Under the pieces are notes generated by a model, which saw nothing but the letters and a program-made list of their open reading frames with translations, was not told the origin of the DNA and ran no database searches. Both the position numbers and the translations under genes were made by a program. This document shows, one piece after another, positions 24,699-30,932 of a DNA stretch of 30,932 nt; position 1 is the stretch's first letter; each line of letters starts with the position of its first letter. Source of the DNA: a virus. Its lineage: Duplodnaviria; Caudoviricetes. The stretch is from IMG/VR virus record IMGVR_UViG_3300017903_001358, positions 1 to 30,932 of that record; one strand, given 5' to 3'.

Positions 24699-24746
24699 AA
24701 TGCACCTCCGTCTTTCTAGTTTAGGCCATAAACCGAGCTAGGCCAA

Positions 24747-25913
24747 TCAAGTCTTGATGCAGGGCAACAGAGCCATGTTTTGTGGCCGCGCTTCGGTGCC
24801 ACCGTCGTCACTAATAGTCGTTGAGGTGCTGATTGACAGATTGCCACTGGAATTAACTGAAACGCTGTGGCTGTGGTTGCCAACACTGCTTGTACCGTAA
24901 TTAGATTGATTGTCAAAATCGTTGCGGGTTTCGAGTAGTTGATCTGAGTCTCCAGTGTCGGGATCAGGGTTGCGGCCTCTAACGACAGTGTGGCTGTGCC
25001 CACCAGCTCCGGTTGTACTTGCGCCGTGGCTGTGGCTGCCGCCTGTTGTAGTTGAACTCGCTGTGTGACCGTGAGACAAGTTTTGGCTTGATTGTGTTGT
25101 GCCAATCGCGCCAGTAAGACTTCCTTGCCCTCGTAAAAATTGATTCCGCAAATCGGGCAGATTAAATGTAGTTGACCCGTCACCGGAGCCGTAGTTAGTG
25201 CCAATTGCGTCAAACAAATCGGAATAAGTTGTGCGACTAACCGCCGCGCCATTTGCATGTAAGTAACCCGTGGGTGCTGTTGTTCGTGCGCTAAAAATAA
25301 TTGTCCCAGCAGGCGTCAGGTCGGTTGCTGCTGGAATGGAGTCAATCTCATCATCTACATATTTTTTGTTTGCGGCTTGGTTGTCAGTACTTGGGTCTCC
25401 GACAAGCGTTAACGAGCCGGTCATCGTTCCACCGGCCAACGCTAAATAAGTGCTTGCAGCATCTGTAATTTGCTCGTATCGCGCATCAGCATCGGTTTGG
25501 CTTATGCCTACAGGATCAACACGAACAAAGTTTGCACCGTCATAAATTTTTAGTTCGTCTGGGTCTTGCGATGTGTCAAGCCATAATTGTCCTAATGCAG
25601 GGCTAGCAGGCGCAGATGTTCCAGGGCTTGTAGCAACTGAAGATCCGGGCAAAAAGCTCACAATCGTAAAGCTTGCGCCGTTGTAAACCTTTAGAACTGG
25701 GGGGTTTGTAGTGGTGTCTACAAAAAGCTGGCCGTTATACGGTGAAGCAGGCTCTGTCGTGCCAACGGTCAAGCCTAGCTCTACAAGCCTCAATGCCAAG
25801 TTGTTGGCGGTAATCTTACGGGTTTCGCTGCCGCTGATGCTACTGAAAGGAATAACGTCAGGGCTGGCAACAGTGGTCGCCGCTGGCAGCTGAGAGATTC
25901 TGGTATTTGCCAT
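24747..25913 (-). CDS. Side tail fibre with phage tail-collar domain and His-x-His tip
   Basis: RISQLP N-term; two P..GQL(F/W).DT...LK.Y.G repeats; YLALAGGTMTG; AANKKYVD; collar PAGTII...PTGYL.ANGA.VSRTTY..LF.AIGT.YG.GDGSTTFNLPDLR; EARPQNMALL.CIK. Confidence 0.88.
   Translation of the reverse strand: MANTRISQLPAATTVASPDVIPFSSISGSETRKITANNLALRLVELGLTVGTTEPASPYNGQLFVDTTTNPPVLKVYNGASFTIVSFLPGSSVATSPGTSAPASPALGQLWLDTSQDPDELKIYDGANFVRVDPVGISQTDADARYEQITDAASTYLALAGGTMTGSLTLVGDPSTDNQAANKKYVDDEIDSIPAATDLTPAGTIIFSARTTAPTGYLHANGAAVSRTTYSDLFDAIGTNYGSGDGSTTFNLPDLRNQFLRGQGSLTGAIGTTQSSQNLSHGHTASSTTTGGSHSHGASTTGAGGHSHTVVRGRNPDPDTGDSDQLLETRNDFDNQSNYGTSSVGNHSHSVSVNSSGNLSISTSTTISDDGGTEARPQNMALLPCIKT
24766..25105 (-). 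repeat. Fibre-tip cassette, copy 2 (direct repeat of 5656-5995)
   Basis: See copy 1; same orientation, offset 19,110 nt. Confidence 0.95.
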
Positions 25914-28900
25914 TAGTAGCCGACGATTAAAAGATCAACTAGGCCGGTCACGCCAGTCCCAGAAGAGTCTAGACACTTAATCGTAACCGAATCGCTGGCT
26001 TTTGCAGTAACCACAGCCGTAACCGCTGTTGAGCCGCCAGTCTGCAAGGCTGTGATAGACACGCTCTCAACGCTGCGGAAGGTCTTTGTCAACGACACCT
26101 GCGTTCCAGCAGCTGCAATTGCCACGTCGTTTTGCTTCTCAATAATGTCGGGGTAGTCAAGCTCAGCTGTTAGGGCGGTAAGGTTGCCCGCCGTCACGCC
26201 CCCGTCAGGGCTCTTAAATCTAGTTTCAACGCGGTAGACATCTCCGAGCAGTTTTTCAAATGGAGCGTAGGGGTGGACAACCCCGCCTTCCGCAAGCTCT
26301 GTATCAGAATAGAAACGCTGCTCTGCCAACAAGTTAAAGCCCCTGGCGGCATAGGTGCCTGACGCACTGCCAGACAACGTGATTGCGGCACCACCACTCG
26401 TAGCAGCCACCCTAAAGCTTGTGTGAGTTAAATCGGTTGTAGCCACAAAGTAGGTAACCCCAGTGCTGATTCCTGTAGGCAACGTGCCAGAAACCTCGAC
26501 AAATTCAAGCGTGTCCCCTGCGCTTAAATCATGTTGAAAAGTGGTGCCGTCCCTCTGCAGCTCAAAATCATTTGCAGACACGTCAATCACAACATCTAAA
26601 TCCTCAAGCAACAAACCGTCACCGTCTTCCTTTGAAACCACATTGTCGTTGCCAGTCAGCGCAACTAATCTGTGCTGAAATGTGGCCGTTCCAGTAGTCT
26701 CAAACAGCAAGGCACTTTCGCTGTTGTTGTTGTCAAAATTCCAAGTAAAAAAGCTGTCTAGCTCTGGGTCTGTTTGAACGAGGTTCCCGCCCGAAACTTC
26801 GCAGTTGTCATAGGTTCCAGGCCAATCGTTTGTAGGGGCATTTTTTGCATCAATCGATTGAATCGCGTTGCTTACGGGTGGAGCGCCAATGTTTACAAGC
26901 ACAAACGCTGGCACGTCAGCCCGCCACTGTGTCGCGTCAACTGCTTTGACCATGACGACAAAAGTGCCGCGATCAAACAAACTCGTTTCAAACCATTGCT
27001 GTTGAGCAGGTAAGCCGCCAGAAGCCAATTCAATCCCAGCATCCCAAGCTGCTTGCGTATTCAAGCGTCTAGAAAGATCCGCTGGCCCTGTGATTGTGTA
27101 AACGCCGGTTGCCGTCCCAGTAAAATCAATTGGATTGCCACCACTTGTTGCGCTGACTCTAAATTGTGTGCTTGTAAAATCGTCGTCAACAACAAAATAA
27201 GTTTGTCCAGACGTAACGCCTGTTGGTAGTGTTCCCGTTGTGGCCTCAAAAACAACTTCATCGCCTACGTTTATTAAATGCTGGTTCGTCCTGGTTCCAA
27301 CTACAGTTCCCGTTTTAATCAAAACAACGTTGTCTGTCAGGTTAAATTCAACTGCATTTGCAGGCAATGTGCCCGACTTAAATCTTACTTCGTAGCCAAC
27401 AACGTCTGCAACAATTTGTTGATCCCAGCTGCCATACTCTGTTAAAGGTAATTGCCAGCTAAATCGCTTTCCGCTGCTGTTTTGGTTTTCAACAACTCCA
27501 AAATTACTTGGGGTGGGTGGAGCAATTTCAGACCGCTCTACAAAATCATAAATGTAATCGTCAGGCTCCTCGCCAAAAATTGCGCTTGTAAAGTTTACCC
27601 TCACGTCGTAAGTGTCAGGTGCGTGAAAAGCAACTGTGTAATATCCAGTCAACGGGATGTCTGCCAAGAAATACCAGCCTTCTTCGTTGGGTGGTTTCAC
27701 ACCAGGGATTTCGCCGGAGCCCAAAACTCTAGGCTTGCACCAACACTTGTAACCACTGACTCGCTCAGGGATTGGCGTAGTTCCAGGATCAACAATGACA
27801 AGTTGCGTGCCATCAGGCTGGTTGGCGTGCGTAACGGTTGCAGCAAAATCAGAATCACTTAAATCTGGGATTGGGTCAAATGGATCAACGTCATATTCTG
27901 CAAACTCAGATTGTTCACCAAGGCGATCAACTGTTGCGACTTTTACTTGATACTGATTGCCAAAAACATGCGTTTGCAACGGTATGTCTATGTTTGTGTC
28001 TTGAATTGTGATTAGCTCAGACCAATTTGCGTCGTTTACTTTGCGCCATTGATACCTGTAACCACGAATGAGCAGATCAGCAGCGCCGTTGACTTGTGGG
28101 GGCTTCCAAGACGCTGAAATGTATGTTGTGCCGTTTGAATACTCTAATTTGCCTGATAAATTAACAGGCTCTGTTGGAGTGCGAACCTCAAAACGGTCTT
28201 TTGGTACTGCAATCGGCAAGTTGTTGTCAACGTACCCATACTTGCTGTTGTTATACTGAATTGCTTCTACTTGATAAACAAGAGGCTCAACCTCAGCGAT
28301 TGAAACTATTCGGTACTGTGCGGGTTTTAAGTCAATCCACTCAAGAACCCAAAGGATATTTTTCTGTGTTGGTGGAATTTGATCTGTTACCAGTGTGGTT
28401 GTAAGATCGTCAGCATCTGTTGAATCAGAAAGCACATTTGCTTTAAGCAATTTTGGCTTGTAATATTTAGTGCTATCTGGGTTTATGACTTCTTCGCCGT
28501 TAGGGATAACGATTGAAATGTCGTAAGAAATGTTATCGTCTAGGTTCAAAAGTGCGTCTAGTGTCACGCTGTTGCCGTTAACCGACTTGACTCTGCCTCC
28601 GAGCCTTTGGCCCTGCCTGACAGGATCTGCAATTTGAATAACTTCGCCAACACCAGCAGCAAGCCCTTCAGCACCAATACGGAAGCTAACCTTGTCGGTT
28701 TCATAGCGATTGCTAAATAAAGTATGCTTCGCCGCACGAAGAGCCTGGCCCCTGCTGGTTACACCAAGCAACCTTAAATCAACAGGGTTGTACCCAAAAC
28801 GCTCCAGCAGCACATCATCTTGCTGGTACTCTGCAACGGCAGCGTAATTTTGGGCCGGATCATCCCAGCTTGCGATACATACAGTTTTGCGAGCAGCGCG

Positions 28901-30175
28901 GGCAGATCCTACATAAGAAAAACAAGGACGAACAACTTTGCCACTTTCGTCAACATCTTGAATTACATTGGCCTCACTAAACTGCTGAACGGGCACCTGA
29001 GCCCTGTCTTGGGTTACATACAATTCGCCAGCGTTGTAATAAAGTAAGCCCCTAAAACATGAAGCCAATGAGTTCAGAACTTGATAAACGCTGCCAGGAT
29101 TCTGCAAATAAACATTGCAAGTAAATCTTGGCTCGTTTCCGCCCTTGCCGTCAGGAACATTTTCGTCGCAATACTGAGAAATTGTGTATAAGCTCCATTT
29201 GTCTAATTCAAGGTTTGACGCATAACGGCGAACACCATATCGCTCACTCATGCAAATATCTCTAAAGATCCAAGCGGGATTGTCCGTCCAACTGTCTACA
29301 AACGTTCCGTCCCAAACCCCTGTATAAGTTCTTGTGGTTGGGTTGTAGTTGCTTGGTATTTGAACCCGTTTGCCCTTAAGTCGCACGGTCACATCGGGAA
29401 TGGTGCTGAACTGCCGTGCATCTACCTTCACCCCAAGCACTGCAGTGTTTGGATAGGCAAGTTTTTCGTCAATAATTTCAACGAACGATTGCCAAATAAT
29501 ATCGTTAGCCAATCTTGAAGAAGAGCTGTTTGAAGTTACTCTTTCAACCCTGACCTGCCAAGGGCCATCGCCAGTAAGATTAAATTCATACGCTCGCTGA
29601 AACTCACTATTTGACTTTCCACTAATTGTTTTGTCTACAACAGTTGTGTAGACACCTCCGTTTACGCTTAGTTGGATTCTGTACCTAACACTTGTGCCAT
29701 TAATGTCGCCGTTATCGGCGTTTTGTGCTAGCAACGAGGGATGCGAAATAATAACTCGGCATCTTTCAACATCAGTATCAGTAATTGATCTAACAATAGG
29801 AGTGCCTCTCTCAACTTTTACGCCGACACTTGTAACATTTTCTGATTGGGTAAACCCTGTTAAAGCGTCTTGAGCGTTCGTGCCAGTCTTAAATTGTGTT
29901 GTAAAGCCTTCAAAATTTTCAGAACCGTCTGCGTTCTCAATAGGCACTCCATCTAAAAAAATGTCTCTATTGGCGCTTGTTGGAAAGCCTTCAATTTCAC
30001 CTTCTGACAAGGCGTAGACAGTTTTTGCAAATGCAGTTGAAAAAAGATTGTTGCGAACTTCTACCGGAGTTCTCTGCTTAGGAACAACGACCTTAGTCTT
30101 GCTCCTGCTCTTGCTGCTGCCGCCACCGCCTTGGCCAGTGACTTGGGTTTCTTTTTGATTTTTGTCAGTCATCAC
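25913..30175 (-). CDS. Lambda J-like tail tip / host-specificity protein
   Basis: GQGGGG start, ALSEGEIEG, IFLDG.PI, YPNTA..G..VDA.QF, VQIPSNYNP..RTY.G.WDGTF...WTDNPAWI, EPRFTCN, G.TSRGQA.R, G.RLGGR, FN3-like repeats. Confidence 0.93.
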   Translation of the reverse strand: MMTDKNQKETQVTGQGGGGSSKSRSKTKVVVPKQRTPVEVRNNLFSTAFAKTVYALSEGEIEGFPTSANRDIFLDGVPIENADGSENFEGFTTQFKTGTNAQDALTGFTQSENVTSVGVKVERGTPIVRSITDTDVERCRVIISHPSLLAQNADNGDINGTSVRYRIQLSVNGGVYTTVVDKTISGKSNSEFQRAYEFNLTGDGPWQVRVERVTSNSSSSRLANDIIWQSFVEIIDEKLAYPNTAVLGVKVDARQFSTIPDVTVRLKGKRVQIPSNYNPTTRTYTGVWDGTFVDSWTDNPAWIFRDICMSERYGVRRYASNLELDKWSLYTISQYCDENVPDGKGGNEPRFTCNVYLQNPGSVYQVLNSLASCFRGLLYYNAGELYVTQDRAQVPVQQFSEANVIQDVDESGKVVRPCFSYVGSARAARKTVCIASWDDPAQNYAAVAEYQQDDVLLERFGYNPVDLRLLGVTSRGQALRAAKHTLFSNRYETDKVSFRIGAEGLAAGVGEVIQIADPVRQGQRLGGRVKSVNGNSVTLDALLNLDDNISYDISIVIPNGEEVINPDSTKYYKPKLLKANVLSDSTDADDLTTTLVTDQIPPTQKNILWVLEWIDLKPAQYRIVSIAEVEPLVYQVEAIQYNNSKYGYVDNNLPIAVPKDRFEVRTPTEPVNLSGKLEYSNGTTYISASWKPPQVNGAADLLIRGYRYQWRKVNDANWSELITIQDTNIDIPLQTHVFGNQYQVKVATVDRLGEQSEFAEYDVDPFDPIPDLSDSDFAATVTHANQPDGTQLVIVDPGTTPIPERVSGYKCWCKPRVLGSGEIPGVKPPNEEGWYFLADIPLTGYYTVAFHAPDTYDVRVNFTSAIFGEEPDDYIYDFVERSEIAPPTPSNFGVVENQNSSGKRFSWQLPLTEYGSWDQQIVADVVGYEVRFKSGTLPANAVEFNLTDNVVLIKTGTVVGTRTNQHLINVGDEVVFEATTGTLPTGVTSGQTYFVVDDDFTSTQFRVSATSGGNPIDFTGTATGVYTITGPADLSRRLNTQAAWDAGIELASGGLPAQQQWFETSLFDRGTFVVMVKAVDATQWRADVPAFVLVNIGAPPVSNAIQSIDAKNAPTNDWPGTYDNCEVSGGNLVQTDPELDSFFTWNFDNNNSESALLFETTGTATFQHRLVALTGNDNVVSKEDGDGLLLEDLDVVIDVSANDFELQRDGTTFQHDLSAGDTLEFVEVSGTLPTGISTGVTYFVATTDLTHTSFRVAATSGGAAITLSGSASGTYAARGFNLLAEQRFYSDTELAEGGVVHPYAPFEKLLGDVYRVETRFKSPDGGVTAGNLTALTAELDYPDIIEKQNDVAIAAAGTQVSLTKTFRSVESVSITALQTGGSTAVTAVVTAKASDSVTIKCLDSSGTGVTGLVDLLIVGY

Positions 30176-30807
30176 GCAGAATTTTGGATCTCAAGGCCAA
30201 AAGAAACCACCGGCAACGCTCCAATTATGCGTTCCCCATAAAGGATAGCTATGGCCTCGCCTTGGGCCGTATTGGCATTTGATTTGTCAAAGGTATAGGC
30301 GTTTAACTGCTCCTCTTCGTCCCTGCCAGAGGTTGACGATCCAAAGTTTGCTGCACTTGGTACTTTTGGTGTTGGTGTCAGCAGATCTGCCACACCGCCA
30401 AAAATAAGAGAAGCACCTAAAGCGCCAATACCTACTGCTGCTGAAGAGCCTAAGGTAAAACCGAAGATACTTCCGGCTAAAAGGCCCCCTGGCGCAAAAA
30501 CGATTGCAGCCGCTACAAGTGCAACACCAGCAATAATCTTGCCAACGCCGCCACGACCCGTGGGCAATGGCACTAGCACCATCCTCTTGCTCATTGGCCA
30601 AAGCAACTGCTCTTCGTCCAAACCTTGCGGACTCTCAGTGATGACGCGCCAGGTAATCCCCTTTTCGCCTGACTCCACCAGATACTGACGCAATTCAGGC
30701 AGCTGAAGGCAAAGAGCGCGAACAGCTTCTGCAGGCGTTTTTACCGCCAGCTCGAACTGCCTACCGAAACGTCGGCCTGCCTCGCCTAGTAGCTTGATGA
30801 CCGCCAT
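30172..30807 (-). CDS. Lambda I-like tail assembly protein
   Basis: IKLLGE.GRRFG...LAV.TPAEAVRAL; G.GG.GKII.GVALVA; LTPTPK; Y.F...NT.QG..I.ILYGE.IIG. Confidence 0.92.
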   Translation of the reverse strand: MAVIKLLGEAGRRFGRQFELAVKTPAEAVRALCLQLPELRQYLVESGEKGITWRVITESPQGLDEEQLLWPMSKRMVLVPLPTGRGGVGKIIAGVALVAAAIVFAPGGLLAGSIFGFTLGSSAAVGIGALGASLIFGGVADLLTPTPKVPSAANFGSSTSGRDEEEQLNAYTFDKSNANTAQGEAIAILYGERIIGALPVVSFGLEIQNSA

Positions 30808-30932
30808 TAGGCACCTCGCCTCACGACTATATGCGTATTATTGCGGAAATAATCGGTGTATGACATTAACTCCGATTTTCTGTTGACCAAATGCTGAAAG
30901 ATCAAGTTGGAGCTTGGATCTTCGAGCACGGC
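30807..30932 (-). CDS. Lambda K-like (NlpC/P60) tail assembly protein, C-terminal fragment truncated by window edge
   Basis: Manual translation AVLEDPSSNLIFQHLVNRKSELMSYTDYFRNNTHIVVRRGA*; TAATG overlap with I; K-I-J synteny. Confidence 0.7.
   Translation of the reverse strand, partial: AVLEDPSSNLIFQHLVNRKSELMSYTDYFRNNTHIVVRRGA

Noticed and set aside
5656-25105. Diversity-generating retroelement TR/VR pair
   Set aside because: Mismatches are not adenine-specific (C/G swaps occur), both copies lie in intact genes, and no reverse transcriptase is in the window.
5656-25105. Invertase shufflon (Gin/Cin type)
   Set aside because: Repeats are direct, not inverted, and no recombinase gene is visible.
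24716-25258. 180-aa alternate-frame ORF over the collar/tip (possible frameshift product)
   Set aside because: Shadow-like composition, no slippery site identified, and no equivalent ORF is listed over the paralogous cassette.
1-30932. CRISPR array, IS element, integrase, psbA/hli genes
   Set aside because: No spaced repeats, transposase, recombinase or photosynthesis-gene motifs seen in this window.

Overview
Phage DNA, all genes on the minus strand, made of two modules that normally belong to different virion types. 1-21,085 is the late/right-hand part of a T7-like (Autographiviridae) cyanopodovirus: capsid, terminator, tail tubular A/B, three ejection proteins, gp17-type tail fibre plus chaperone, small membrane proteins, TerS, two HNH-type ORFs, a 389-aa unknown, TerL, ThyX and an AT-rich genome-end-like region. 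21,095-30,932 is a GC-richer lambda-like long-tail tip module (K partial, I, J) followed by six fibre/adaptor genes. It sits where scaffold and portal genes would be expected. At the junction lie a glutamine-II (Downstream-peptide) riboswitch, an unannotated 33-aa YRG peptide, a tRNA T-arm-like hairpin and a structured capsid leader. The podovirus fibre and a fibre of the long-tail module share an ungapped 340-nt His-x-His tip cassette (266/340 identical by manual count, 81/84 in its best block). This suggests real genetic exchange between the modules, but an assembly chimera cannot be excluded from sequence alone. Family calls are from motif recognition, not database searches.
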